62,315 nucleotides of DNA, filler included, from Circinaria calcarea (GCA_051942165.1; 4 parts of 4 records of this genome joined end to end with filler, not necessarily neighbours in it); one strand, 5' to 3'. Shown: positions 25,647-38,247, counted from the whole stretch's first letter. The notes: generated from the sequence alone by a model not told the origin. Numbers and translations are program-made.

Positions 25647-26661
25647 GGAGGTACGTCCAATTTTATATTACATAGACATGATTATATTCTTCTTAGCCAC
25701 TGATCACCTCTATAAAAAGTATGGTAGCACTCTCGATCATTTACCCCGCCTGAATGTTATTGAGATTGATCGTGCAAGCTTCCTCTCACGTAAGTCTAGT
25801 ATTCGCCCTCTACCGGTCCAATAACACTCAAGTGCGGATTCACAGGGCCAGGTAACTCTACCAAGGCAGGAGAGTTTAACCCACAGAAGAAGTAATTACA
25901 ACTTCTTTTCGCAAGCCTCTAGGCAAACTCAACCCTGAATAGTCATCACATGGGATAGGCAAAGCCGGATCGCAAGAGCTCGCTTTAGGTTCTTAATCTC
26001 AATTACTTAAAAATCGTGCACTGAGTAAGATACAATGAGGTTCTTAAATAATATGAGAACTGTCTGCATGTAGTCATAATCCCTTGTAATCTACGTTAGA
26101 GACTCAACGAACATTGCTCCCCTCCTTTCTTCCGTCCTCATCTTCTTACGATCACCACGTCTTCCAGCTTCATCCAGCAGAGAGCAGTTCTTTACTCAGC
26201 CCGAGAAACCAACAGCTCTAATAGCACAAGGAGAGTCTCATGTTTACAGTATGGGTCGAGCCTGGCTACCACTGAATTGTTTCGGGTCGTATATCTGGAT
26301 AATCGTAGTAGTATTATCTTGAGACGAGGCCAAGTCATTGTCATGAGAATTTACATAAACCCCACACATTATAGGGCTTTTTTGATCATGTACCTCGGAG
26401 AGGTCGTGGTCGGCTAATGCGATGCCGCTTTCGGCGCTATGCCCAATTGGGTGAACATGGGCCAGGATCACGAGCAACAAGCAACAAGCAACAATCGAGG
26501 GGACACCTTCCTAAGCTCGAAGACCACCGCAACTCAGTCGAGACGTCTTGTTATAAGAAATAGGAATGACGAGGGAAACGGGATGAAAAACATCAGTCCT
26601 GCGGAACTGAGAAGCGTGTTACGCTGTCTCCAGCAATCAGGCGACGTCGACATTCTAAGCT

Positions 26662-28437
26662 ATGAACCTCCAACCGTCTTCCACACATACGGCAGCAACC
26701 CTCCGCCCTCGGAACCGCCGTCTCGTTTCTATCGACGACCAGTATGAAACAATAGATACCGCCACTACTCTTCAACACCCACCACATGGATCTGCAACAT
26801 CATCTATCCAACCCTCAAGAGCAGCCTCTCCAATCCCCTCGAGTCACCCATCGCGCTCCACCTCGGCGAATAGGGATACACAAAGGCTACAGCTTAATGG
26901 CAGGCCATTGAGTAATTTTAGTTTTGGAGGATCACAGGCTACACCGACGACGTTCGCAACCGGTCTTTGGGAGACTTCATGGAGCTCTTTGCAAGGGATA
27001 GCTTCGAACTTGCTTGGCAACGACATAGGAGGATCATCAAAAGATAAGGCTAGCCTTGCATTCGGAGGTCCGAGAAAAAGGCGGCCCTTGGAAGCCACAC
27101 ATGGGAAATGGACCAGCAGTAGCCCTGATCAATGGGGACCAAAAGGAAGCGCTGATAAACAAATTGCAAGCGGATCAAAGGAGGATCGATTAGCGCAGCT
27201 GCAAGCGAAGAAAAGGGAAATGCTGTTGGCCGCTAATGGACACGCAGTTCCGGACTCTTCAGGTAGATACAAGCGGAGAAATTCAGGAGCCGGGACACAT
27301 CCTCCTTCACAGTCCCTAGAACAAGACCAAGACGCACTAGTCTACCTTCACCACGTTCAGCCGAATGACACGCTGGCTGGAGTCACGATAAAGTATAACT
27401 GTCCTGCCGCTATGTTCCGTAAAGCAAACCGCCTTTGGCCGAATGATAGCATTCAAATCCGGAAAACAGTGTACCTGCCCATCGAAGCATGCGGCGTTAA
27501 AGGCCGCAAGATCGCGACCCCTGTCCTGGATTCTGACCTCCTCAATGAGACCGACGGGGCGTTTTCTGACCTCACACCAAGGTCTACACCCACTACTCCT
27601 CGCGCGCATTACCCCTATCCTACACAAACCAAAGACCAAGCCTCCTCCGGTTTCACCACCTCCCCGTCCATCTCTGTATCCAATCCGGACGAGGACCCAC
27701 CACCATGGATTCACGACTCTTGGGTCCTCCTCCCTAATAGCCCCGTCCCAATTGAGATCGCCCGCCTTCCCCGCCAAACCCTCGGCTTCTTCCCTCCCTC
27801 CCGTCGAAAATCCCAAACCTATACTGACGACATCTCACCCACCCCTCCGCTCTCCCGCGCTTCCTCAAGATCCCCTCCCCAACAGCGGCAACAAGATGAC
27901 CGTCGCCACCAATCCCGCTCCTCATCTGGCTCCCACTTTGTCTCTCATCTCCAAGGACCCGGTGGTGTTGGCACGTTAGGTCGTGAAGTCCGCTCGCCAG
28001 GTCCTGCCCAGGATGGTCTCAATAAGCTCTTCGCGCCACATCTGCCGAGCGTAGCACCGAGAGCGAGTTTTGAATCCGAAATCAGTATGACGAGTTCGGC
28101 GACTGGGACTGGGATCGAGAATGTAGGAGGTGCGATTGAGGGGTGGGTGAGGAAGATAGCAGGCAAGGCCGCAGGGGCAATTGGGACGCCGCCGTTAAAG
28201 GGAGGGGGAGCGGGGGATCTGATTGAGTTGGTGGATGCATTTGAGTTGGATGAGGGTGGGGAGGATTTGACTGGAGGAAGTGAGGCTAGCAGGGGTAGGG
28301 TGGTTATGGGTGGGTTTGATGGCGATGAAGAGGAAGGGCAGAGAGAAAGGGAAAGAGAATTGAGGGAAAGGTTCCCACCTAGGGGTAGGGTGTTTGTGGA
28401 GGAGAGGAAAGGGAAGGGGACAAGGAAGGCTGGATAG
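26662..28437 (+). CDS. Intracellular LysM-domain protein
   Basis: HHVQPNDTLAGVTIKYNC..FRKANRLWPNDSIQIRKTVYLP in a Ser/Pro-rich 591-aa ORF; no signal peptide. Confidence 0.85.
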   Translation: MNLQPSSTHTAATLRPRNRRLVSIDDQYETIDTATTLQHPPHGSATSSIQPSRAASPIPSSHPSRSTSANRDTQRLQLNGRPLSNFSFGGSQATPTTFATGLWETSWSSLQGIASNLLGNDIGGSSKDKASLAFGGPRKRRPLEATHGKWTSSSPDQWGPKGSADKQIASGSKEDRLAQLQAKKREMLLAANGHAVPDSSGRYKRRNSGAGTHPPSQSLEQDQDALVYLHHVQPNDTLAGVTIKYNCPAAMFRKANRLWPNDSIQIRKTVYLPIEACGVKGRKIATPVLDSDLLNETDGAFSDLTPRSTPTTPRAHYPYPTQTKDQASSGFTTSPSISVSNPDEDPPPWIHDSWVLLPNSPVPIEIARLPRQTLGFFPPSRRKSQTYTDDISPTPPLSRASSRSPPQQRQQDDRRHQSRSSSGSHFVSHLQGPGGVGTLGREVRSPGPAQDGLNKLFAPHLPSVAPRASFESEISMTSSATGTGIENVGGAIEGWVRKIAGKAAGAIGTPPLKGGGAGDLIELVDAFELDEGGEDLTGGSEASRGRVVMGGFDGDEEEGQRERERELRERFPPRGRVFVEERKGKGTRKAG

Positions 28438-28914
28438 TTTGGTCTTGGTTTGGTTTGTCATTATAGGGTCGGAGTTTGCTATCGGCTTAGCGGTTTTCCG
28501 TATAGGAGCTGGGAGGAGGCGTTTTTTGGATGAATGCACGATGAATGGAATGGTTGGAACTGTAGGGAAAGGTAAGAGGAGGGCGCGGAAGAGGGAGTAC
28601 CAGCAACGATGGTGATTACGAGGCTCAAACTTATTAGCTACATAAGCTTTCCGGAGGCCACCTCCTTGCGGAGGGTTACCATGAGTATGGGGGCTATTAT
28701 GTAATAGGGTTTCCGCAATTCGGGAAATTCAAGAAGAATGAGGAGCATGTAACAAATACAAAGCACGACTCATGTAGCTGGAGGACCGTGCCTCCATTAC
28801 GCATCCCTTGTTCTTTTCTCTTCTTCTTTTTCGCTATCTTGAAGCGTGACAAGGGCCTGATTGTTAAGACTGATCTTAGAGCGTGTGGCAGGGATAAATA
28901 TAGATGGAGAAAAA

Positions 28915-29047
28915 CGCGGCAAGGGGCTGAATTGAGCTCGAGCGCGCGCGGTAGCGCTCGAACCTTGCTTAAACGCGGAACTACATTATACCATATGTGA
29001 ACGTCGAGCGCTAGCCGTGCTCGAGTTTAATTTAGCCCCTTGTTGTG
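28915..29047. repeat. Long imperfect inverted repeat (MITE-like or hairpin)
   Basis: 28915-28946 pairs with 29016-29047 (7 mismatches, all C to T in the right arm); perfect inner pair 28952-28961 / 29004-29013. Confidence 0.8.
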
Positions 29048-29290
29048 TGCTCTAAAAGTTAACTCCTCAATAAGCGCGGCTACTAACCTTGTTCACTCAT
29101 GTTTTCCTTCTTTGTCTACAATGAAGCTTAGGAAGAGAGAGTGGGAATGGGAATGGGAGATAGGAGTAAAGCAATCACCAGAGCGCTAGGGAAAATTCAG
29201 AACCGGCGGCAGTTATCAAAGAGACTGGAATTCTCAAGGGTCGTTCGAGAGATTCGGGTGATCGCTCTAGGAAGGTCTGGGAACTTCGAG

Positions 29291-29984
29291 CTATACCCGC
29301 ATGTTCTCAGCCTCTTTTTTTCTTTCCCAAAATCCCCTAATAGGCACGGAGTTTATGTACCATATCCGTACTAATCTCCAATCCATTCTTTTACCAAAAG
29401 TAGTCTTACATTCCCCAGAAGCCTTCATAATGACACTCTGACTCAAACTCTCCATCTCCTTGCCAATATATCCATCCGCAAATTGCTCTAATCGGTCCAC
29501 GCTAGGAGGCGGATCCGGAAATGATGCGAGGCTGCCAATTTGCCATGTAGGGTTCTGGCATAAGCTTCTAATCTTCCCTCTCTATAATCGGTCCAGCCGG
29601 TAGCCGGACGCGTTGCAAAAAGTTTTGTGGCTGGATAGGAAAATTTAGTTTCGCCAAGGTATGTTCCAGGTTCTCCTGGAAGCACTTGAGTGTGGAGGTC
29701 TCCTATGCTGGGGTGTAAAAATGTGCTATACCGTGGTTCGTACCGCCGGGTTGTCAAAGCGTATCCTTCACGAGATCCCTGATCTGCTGGCTCGACTTTG
29801 GAGGATATATCATGGTATCATGCCTTACGTATGAGTCATAGGTATTATTCAATGTCTGGAGGAGGTAGTAGTATACGTTGTTAAAAGAGCGGACAATGTC
29901 GCGACTCTTTGAAATCCATTCTACAATCATTTGAGAATGGACTGGAGCCCAAGACGTTTCTGCCGTAGGAGTCTTGCACAGCAA
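29291..29984 (-). pseudogene. Possible disrupted gene of unknown function
   Basis: Three abutting minus-strand ORFs in different frames with protein-like composition; no family recognised. Confidence 0.3.
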
Positions 29985-30115
29985 GCTATGGTATCACTTA
30001 AATAGCAATGGAAGAGAAACAAAGGAGTTTAGAAGCTTACGACGGCTGAGATGTTTTGTTCTAGATGCACGGAGAGCGACTGTGGCAGAATATCTATAAC
30101 CTTCCGTGAGTATAT

Positions 30116-31163
30116 TTACATCGTCTTCCTAGGTCGACCACGTCCTCTAGTACTCTTCTGGGGCTTTCCACCCGCTGCATGATCACTCTCAACCTTCTGT
30201 GCCACTGCTTCATGTGATGCCCTTTCCGCCTTTGCTGCATTCAAACCTGCAATGTCACCATCATCACTTTCATGTTCGAAATAATGACTCTTGACCGCTG
30301 CTTCGCTTTTCCTTGCTGCATTCCGTTTCGGCGGAGCTCTTAGGGTGTTCTTGCTCGGTACCGGGAGACGGTTTAAGCTTTCTGGAGGAGAAAGATCGGA
30401 TTCGGATGCTTCTGCAATACGTGCTTTGAATTCGCTCTGTCCATCCGATTGAAGGAGTAGATCTTTTCTGCCATTCGTCTTACCTATGCTACTTACTTTC
30501 CTTGGACGACCCGCTTTTCGAGGCTTAGAAGCTTTGGTTTTGGTGGATATTTTCTTTCCGTGGCTATTGGAGCTTATAGACCGGGGTGTTGGCAGTTTTC
30601 CCTCGCTAAAGTCGGCTTGATCGCTAACTTCGCTGTCATCCAACAAGCTTACGGAGGACGATGGCACCCTATTTATGTCGATGGCTTCTGATGGGACGTT
30701 CCGCTGTGGAGTAGATTCTTCGATGATAAAGCCGCTACCTCCGGCATGATTAGCCGCTTCCTGTAAGTGACCTGGTTGAAAGAACCCGCTACCGTCCACG
30801 GCATCTTCATCTTCGTCAGGGAGGAAACCACCAGCCGTCTCTTCATCGTAATGATCAGGTGCCGGGTGTCCATTGGCATCCGATGGATGAGCAGCTATCT
30901 CGGTCTTTGACGACTTTGTCCTCCTGTTCTTGTTTGTAAAGGGATTCATCTCCTCCTTCATGTGAGCCTCTACGTCATCTCCATACTCCTCGTGAACTCT
31001 CTCTACTATCCTTAGTCCAATCAAGAATTTCCTCCACATTGCCAGTGCCATCTTTTCCCGCTTTCCCTCTTCCTTGATCCTACGTTCCACTTCATCCTTC
31101 TCCCATTCATCAATCACCACATTTTCGTACTCGGCAGCAACAACGACACCAGTGATGACTGGA
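30116..31163 (-). CDS. RAD4: DNA repair protein Rad4/XPC, C-terminal part (truncated by contig edge)
   Basis: PVITGVVVAAEYE..EEGKREKMALAMWRKFLIGLRIVERV..EYG, then acidic/basic tail. Confidence 0.85.
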
Positions 31164-31263
31164 NNNNNNNNNNNNNNNNNNNNNNNNNNNNNNNNNNNNN
31201 NNNNNNNTTAATTAATTAANNNNNNNNNNNNNNNNNNNNNNNNNNNNNNNNNNNNNNNNNNNN
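31164..31263. other. Artificial contig linker
   Basis: N44-TTAATTAATTAA-N44. Confidence 0.99.
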
Positions 31264-31320
31264 ATATAAAATATAAAATATAAAATATAAAATATAAAAT
31301 ATAAAATATAAAATATAAAA
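31264..31320. repeat. (ATATAAA)8 tandem repeat at contig start
   Basis: Direct reading. Confidence 0.97.
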
Positions 31321-31622
31321 TTAAGCGGTGTGCTGGCGGATCCGCATCCAGAATCGAGAGCTTTCAACGCCGCTTTTGACTGCCTTTCCGCCAACATTTC
31401 CACCGCTGCTTTTCACTCCACCCGTTCTGCCTGCCTGCCATCCCTTGCCCCTAATCTTCCTTTGCTTGAGAAGATATGATGCCCGCCTCGTCATCCTCCT
31501 GCAACCGATTATCGTTTTCGCTCTCATCTCTCGCGGTCTCTGCTCAGCCTCATTCCGATCCGTCTCAAATCTGGCGTCCTATTTTTCGCCTTCTTTATTA
31601 ACCGTGTACGTTGCCGGTCGAA

Positions 31623-33938
31623 ATGCCCGATACGATGTGGGAGAGGAAGCTCGACGTGTTGCCGCCCGGCAGCGACGATGATCTTTCGCCGGAGCATTAC
31701 ATCAGGATGGAGGAGGCCTTTAACGAGCTGACGGAGACGCGGATAGACTACGAAGAGACAACTATGAAGTTGCAGCAATTCGTCAAGGATCTTTGGTATG
31801 AGTGAGTAGTCTCTATCTAGCCTTCAATACTTCCGTTATTCTGACGACGAAGCAAGATACTTCAAGTTCACCCGTCGAGAACCCGAAGCCTGGAATGCGT
31901 TAAAGAAATTCCCTGTCCCTATCGTCAAAAGCTTCTTTGAATGGACGCTTCGTCATCGACTCCGTATACGTGCCCACAGTACCTTGCAGACATACTACAA
32001 CGTGCTCTGCTTGGTTCGATCAAGGGAGACGGGTATCTTTAGAGTGGATGAGGAGACAAAAAGAAAGATGACGGGGGTATTTAACTCCAGTCTCATCGGC
32101 TGCTCAGGGGCCTAAGAAGTACAGGTGAGCTGACGGATTTACAGGCAAGACAGCAGCTGGCCATTAAGCACAAGCTACGAATGAAGAAAAAGGATAAGCC
32201 GGTAATGCGAGTTGAGGATCTTTTTGAGATCCTCAAGACGATTCTCGTATCGCTGGACATGGTATTCGATCACGAACGGGACCGGATACAAACAATACTC
32301 TGGGTGCAGCTTATCGCTTATACCGGCAATAGACCTGCAGCTATTTCAGCCCTCTGCTACAAGAACTTCAAGGTTGCTCTTATACGGGATCCGGATAAGG
32401 AATATAAGGAAACCCTTGTCATCGATGTCACTGCTGCTGACACAAAAGGCTATCTCGGTGAGAAGGATGCGTGCGTATCCTTCAGTTACCCTCGAGCGAA
32501 AACTTTCTTAGGTCACGCCCATCAGCTGATGCTTTATCCAGGAATACGCTCCCTCTTCCTCCGATACGTCGCGAGCGCTGCCTTTTACTCTGTCTCCAGA
32601 CATCCATCCTTGGCCTGGCATTTGCCGACGAAGCATTTGCCAACGATTTCTCAGCCGAAAAGCTTTACCCTCTGAAACTTCGACCCGATCAGAACGAGCT
32701 GGAGTTGAAGTGGAAAGAGTCTATGGAAAACATGCCCATATTCCGTAGACCCATTCGCACGGTTCATGGCATGCGGACCTCACCCGACTCGGCCACCACC
32801 GCCGACACAATGCGCACGAGATTGAAAAAGAGTGGGGCTATCACAGGCATAGACGTTACAGTGCTTCCCTACAGTGGTCGAAGAGGCTTTGGGGAGGCCC
32901 TCGATAATAGCAGTAAGTCTGAATAAACTGCCTACTCTACAAGCCACTAACGTGGGTGTGCGTGCAGGCCAGATCAGCGTCGCTCAACGTAATCTTCTCA
33001 TGCAGCATGCTAGCTCACGAGTGTTCGAGAAGCGCTATCTCCCGCATCATACTACGGCTGACGTTCTGGCCGCCTACCGAGGACTTGATCCACAAGTTGC
33101 TTTACTGCGAGCAGCCACGGGACTGAGTCGCACGATCGATAGACGGCGGCCTTGGAGACTCAAAGCAGAACAGCGAAAGCGGGTCCAGGACCATCCCAAG
33201 GTCAAAATGTATTCCCACGCTTTGCAAGCATATCAGGAATGGGTCGACGAAGAACTAGGAGGTCTAAAAGTTATTCGAGACAACCCGGACTTCAAAGACC
33301 TTTATGAAGAATACCAGCAGCTCGTCCGAAATGTCCGTAACGAGAAGAGCTTCCAGGAAAGAGCACTTCTGGAAGAGATAAAAGCAAATTTCAGGAAGGA
33401 ACAACCTGTAAAAGACGTTCAAAGGCAGTTGGACGGATTTCCAGTTGAAGAAACCAACAACATATCCGCCGTTGCGGGTAATTACTCACTTCCAGAACGT
33501 GTTCGCGCAATCTCGTCGTTGCTTACCTTTGTCGACTCAGAGGACTCGCTTCCCGAAGTCGAAGAGCAACGACGAACGGAGGCTGTTGAGGCCGTGGCCT
33601 CTTTATGTTGTGCCCATGACGGTCGCCGTAGGACTCGATCGATTATTATCCCAGACGCCAAAAATGAAAAACACTCTTCACCAGCAGAGTCGGCGATGTC
33701 AACGCCATTGATATGTAAACGCCTCCAATGTAGCTTCTGTCTTCATGACGAGCAATTGGACTGGAGCACTCGTGTGAAGGAGTTCGCTAGAATTGACATT
33801 CTCAAGAAGCATCTCGACCGCTTTCACCTTAAGCCTCATCCAGAGGGTAAGCCGATCGCGTGCCCCGAATGTGGATTTGTCTGTGATCATAAAAATCATT
33901 TACGGAATCATGGAGGAGTCCATGGTATCCTGGTCTAG
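31623..33938 (+). CDS. DUF3435 tyrosine recombinase (Starship captain) with C-terminal zinc-finger-like motifs, 5 exons
   Basis: Introns 31802-31856, 32077-32144, 32471-32541, 32913-32967 give an uninterrupted frame; STLQTYYN, YTGNRP (R), DTKG (K), YSGRRG (R), LMQH (H), FEKRY (Y); CSFC..KHLDRFH and CPEC..HLRNH. Confidence 0.9.
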
Positions 33939-34508
33939 TCTTGTTCCATATTTCCCGGTGGACAGCGAGGGATGTGATGTATAAGTGTTAATCTTGTTAA
34001 GCGGGCTGTTTTCCGTCTTTGATTACGATGCATCGCCGGAGTTAAACCATAGGTTCAAATCATCCATTTTTCCTATATTGTTATCATTCGAGCATGTCTT
34101 GAGTTATCTTCTCATTGTCGATTATCAATTGACAAAATTAACGGTGCTTGTCAAACAAGCCAATACAGCATCATGGGCAAAGAAACAAAGTATATTTCAA
34201 ATGTTATCACCTGTGGCGCTGCTTTCTCGCAATAATATACCATGGGAAAGGACAGGGAGGAAGGGGTATTGTATGATTGGGCACTTATTGATATGTTTTC
34301 GACAACGCGCAAAGCATGATGTCCTTACTTTTGAAGCGCGTATAGCATACGACTTCCAGTGGGAATATATTCTCGGTATACATTATCTCTGTTGACTAAG
34401 GCGTGTTGTGGAGGGTTTTGGATTGGATGCTAAAGATTTATAAGGGAATCGTGTACAAGCGATAGCGTATAAAGTATACCGATCCCCATTATCCTTTCCG
34501 AAGCCTAT

Positions 34509-37500
34509 CTATGCCGATTCTCTACATTCAGAGAGTCGAAGGAAGGCAGGAGAATCATGCGGTTCCTCCTTCAAAGTATCCGCATCTGTCTTCTCAAACT
34601 CATACCGATAGCGAAGATCCTTCCTACACAGAATATCATCTACGTGCTCCGAGATCTGCTTGCTGATTTGGCGGAGAAAATCACCACGGTACTTGTCTAA
34701 TACATCTAAAAAGTAGGTGAACAGAGGTAACGACATCTTCTCAATCCTAGATAGTATTAATAGAGGCTTTCAACCATCAGAGTAGCAATGCTCACTCGGA
34801 ATTCTTAATCCCATATTCACCATCTGTAGGGATTAAAGCGAGTATACCACTATGAAACCTTTGCTGCATCAACCACCAATTTCGGCCGGTGTTCAGTCTG
34901 TTTTTCAAAGCTTTCAGCTTTTTTGAATAATCATCATCCGCCTTCCCCATGCGTGGCTTGGGTGACTTCAGATTAGGGTATGTTTCAGCCATTAGATTTT
35001 TCAAAGTCAGAGAAGCCGCGCTTCTATACTGCTTCTCTGAATTTTCCGAGGCTTCGTCAACAGCTTTCAGCCTCTTTGCTGTTCGTTTAGGCATCGTCTT
35101 CTGAGCATGACGTTCCTGTGCAAGTTGATTTTGAAATGCTAAATCTCGTTCCTCGCGGAGTTGAACTAGGTGCGCTAATTGGTAACGCCGGAGGATAGAC
35201 CCAACAGAGACTGCCGTATCTAAAGCTTCCAGATTATGTATTGTCTGAGCAACGTTGCCACCGATTTGAGGGACTACCAAAGCTTGGTTTTCCCGTATGG
35301 CGGTGTAAGCATCACGCAACTGATAGAAAGCATCATGACTAGCGATCGAGACTAGTAGACGGGTCAATGAGTTTGCCTCGGCATTCGATAGAATTCCATC
35401 AACTTTACAATTCAAGAACTCCGTGAATATCTGACTCGGTTGGGAGCGCACGTATGGTGATGGTTGTCGATTAAGGCGCTTTAGGATCTTATCATGTTGT
35501 CTCTCATATTGTTTCCAGGACATGAGGTCGCTGGTAGACTGTTGAGGTGTTTCCAATGTGGGCTTGCTCGCTTTCTTCGATAAAGGCTCCGGCCTTTTCC
35601 TTTTTCTTCCTCCCTTTGCGTGGATAAGTGCTGATTTATCGACAGGACAAGCATCTTCAGTCTCTAGATTAGCAGGATTAATAACCTCTTCCTCCTCCTC
35701 CTCCTCCTGCTCCTCCTCCTCCTCTTCCTCCTCCTCTGCTTCTTCGTCTTCTTGCTCTTCATCTTCGTTGCGCAGGCGCACCTTTTCGCTGTGGATAAAA
35801 CCAGCTGGGCACAATGGTTCTTCGCAGTCTCGGTATCCTAGGATGTTCCACTTTTGATCAGCATAATTGACCGCTTCCGCCAAATTGTAGCCCGCATTGA
35901 ATCCTTGGTGATAGGAACTGGGCAAGGTAACGACGGCTTCGTTGGGCAGCTGAGAAATCATTTTGAAGGAGATCCCCCATGCTTTTAGGGTCGAGCGTGG
36001 TATATACGTCGCGGAGTGACGTACGAATTGTTCACACTTTGTTTGATAATAAGATCCATTGGTGGTAAGAAGTTTGTCCTCTAGACGTTGAGCATGTCCT
36101 GGTGCAATAATCACCCAGACCTTAGGTTGCCCAGCGTAAAGATAGTTGATAGAATGCAGCCGGAGGTCTTCGCAGTGGATAGCAAAAGGTGCTCCAAAGG
36201 CGGGGCTGGCATGGTAAGAAAAAGGCCAATGGAGGCCGGGAATACGCTTTTTGGTCTCAGCGAGACGATCGCCCTTGAGAGGCCAGATTGGAGATTCCCG
36301 GGGAAAGCCGAATGTAGCGCGAGACGAAGGCTCTTTCGCATCTATATCAGCACAGTAATAGACATCTTCCAAGACACCTCCGGCCTGGTCTGTAAGAAGG
36401 CTTTCAAACCGCTGTATGAGTTGTTCAGCTGATGACGTATCTGTCGGACGAAGTTCTGCTTGAGTACTGATGTCGGACTCCTTCCTCTCGAGTTTAAAAG
36501 TACTATTATCTAGACGTTCGACGAGGAACCGATTTCCTTTCTGCGTTGTGGTAATTTGAGGGTCCGAGAGTTTGCGACCAGCCACACCCTCAGGGACTAG
36601 TACCTTGAAAGCACCACTTTCCTCTACACCAAGGGATTCCGCATATTGTAGAAGTCCAGGAAAGTCCTGCCACTGCTCCACAGTGGGTAGCAGCTTGAAA
36701 ACTTTATTTTCGATAGTGTAGTTGATGGAATTGCCGGCACGAGGAGGTGACTGTCTCCCTCTCGTATTGCTCATATATGTAGCGGCATCCACAGAAGGCA
36801 AATCTTCAGAGCTAATCATGGGGGTGGTTTTCTGGATTGTATCGTAAAGTTCTCCAGGAGTAGAGGTACCCTGGGTGATGTCTTCGTTTTCATGGAGGAT
36901 CTCATCAATGATATCTGCAGTAGCTTGAGAGATAACCTTCTCAGCTGTATATTGAATATCTTGACCGGAAAAGTTATCTACGGCTTTCTCAGCGATAGCT
37001 CCTTCGACTGTATGTCCTAGTTTTTCCGTACTGGACACTGGTTCAGCTATGAAGACTGCTCGACCGGGATATTGACCCTTGTCTATGGCAGAGGCCTCCT
37101 GAATCGTACCCCTAACCTCTCCTGATGGAAATGTCTCTTGAAGCGTACCTTGGATCTCATCGGCGGAAGAGGTTTCGGGACTTTGACGTTGAGTGTTATC
37201 GGAGACTACAGAAGCAATCAGAGTCGGAGGTGATACCACAGTCCCATCATGAAGTGGAGAAGCATGAAAAGAAGGCTGAAGTGGAGTATTGAAATCCTTT
37301 TGATAGCTTAGAGACTTGTTATGATTAGTGAGGCAGGATGAGCGCTGGTGGGTATAAAAACATCAGCAACCCCACGTCATGTTAAAAATACAAGTAGCTC
37401 TCATGTTCCGTGAAGACACTCAGGTGGGAAATACTTACAGGAGGAGCCTGAAGACCAAGGATGTAAGTTGACAGTGAGCGTATCCCATCGCTGATTTCTT

Positions 37501-37640
37501 TCGGCCGGTCACCACGGTTCTCCCATAGATCCGCTATTCTAAGACTAACGTCATCTCGAAGTTGTTGAAAGATCTTGAATGATAAGCGATAGACCTTGCA
37601 ATACATTAAGTGTACTTACATCTTCAATCCTAGACGCCAT
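34509..37640 (-). CDS. JmjN + JmjC histone demethylase-like protein (KDM4/Rph1-type catalytic core)
   Basis: JmjN LPTVEQWQDF..GAFKVLVP; JmjC FAIHCEDLRLHSINYLYAGQPKVW and YHQGFNAGYNLAEAVNYA; poly-Glu tract; KGGRKRKR; short 5' exons from ATG 37640 (inferred); last exon ends 34509. Confidence 0.85.
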
Positions 37641-38247
37641 TTGATTTCCAGATAACGCATTGAGGGCAGAAATTCTGTATTGTGGCTTTCTTGAAGTTGC
37701 GATTTTCTAGTCTAAACTAGATTAGGACGATTCGGTTTAACCGTGTTTCAGAGCTCCGTATTTGTTGAATGTCAAGCGAGCCAGCCATTGCGGCACGGCC
37801 TAACAGACGTCCAAAGAAGGTGTACCAAGGTCACGTGATTGAGTACTCTGCGCACACCGAGCATGGTGGTGCTCTCAGTGCTCTCAGTGCTCCAGTCCGT
37901 TCTATGTAGATCCAGTCATTACCCATGGTCTAGGATGCTCAACTCATCAAGTATCCTACACATACTAGTAATGTGCTTCCGCTATCACACCAGTACCTTA
38001 CCCTAGTTCTAGCCCTACCAGGGTCGCGAGCCAACCCCTTGTCCTCCTAGTCTACTGACGAAGCCTCTATTCTTATAGAGTCCAACTCGGAGCGTTACAT
38101 CGAGCAGGATTATCGCTATGTCCGAAGGTCCTCGTCGCTACCTAAGGATATGGGAATTCTCCAACATTTATAAGGATCGGATCGTGTCAGATATCATCCA
38201 ATTGATTATTACTGGGAGTCTGCTCTAGCTATCTCATTCAAGTTACC

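Noticed and set aside
27337..28615. Long antisense and alternate-frame ORFs over the LysM gene
   Set aside because: Shadows of a compositionally biased coding sequence
31264..31320. Terminal repeat as a telomere
   Set aside because: Lacks G/C; unlike Pezizomycotina TTAGGG-type telomeres
30116..33938. Apparent RAD4-recombinase neighbourhood
   Set aside because: Separated by a contig linker
35686..35765. (TCC)n microsatellite
   Set aside because: Encodes the poly-Glu tract of the JmjC protein
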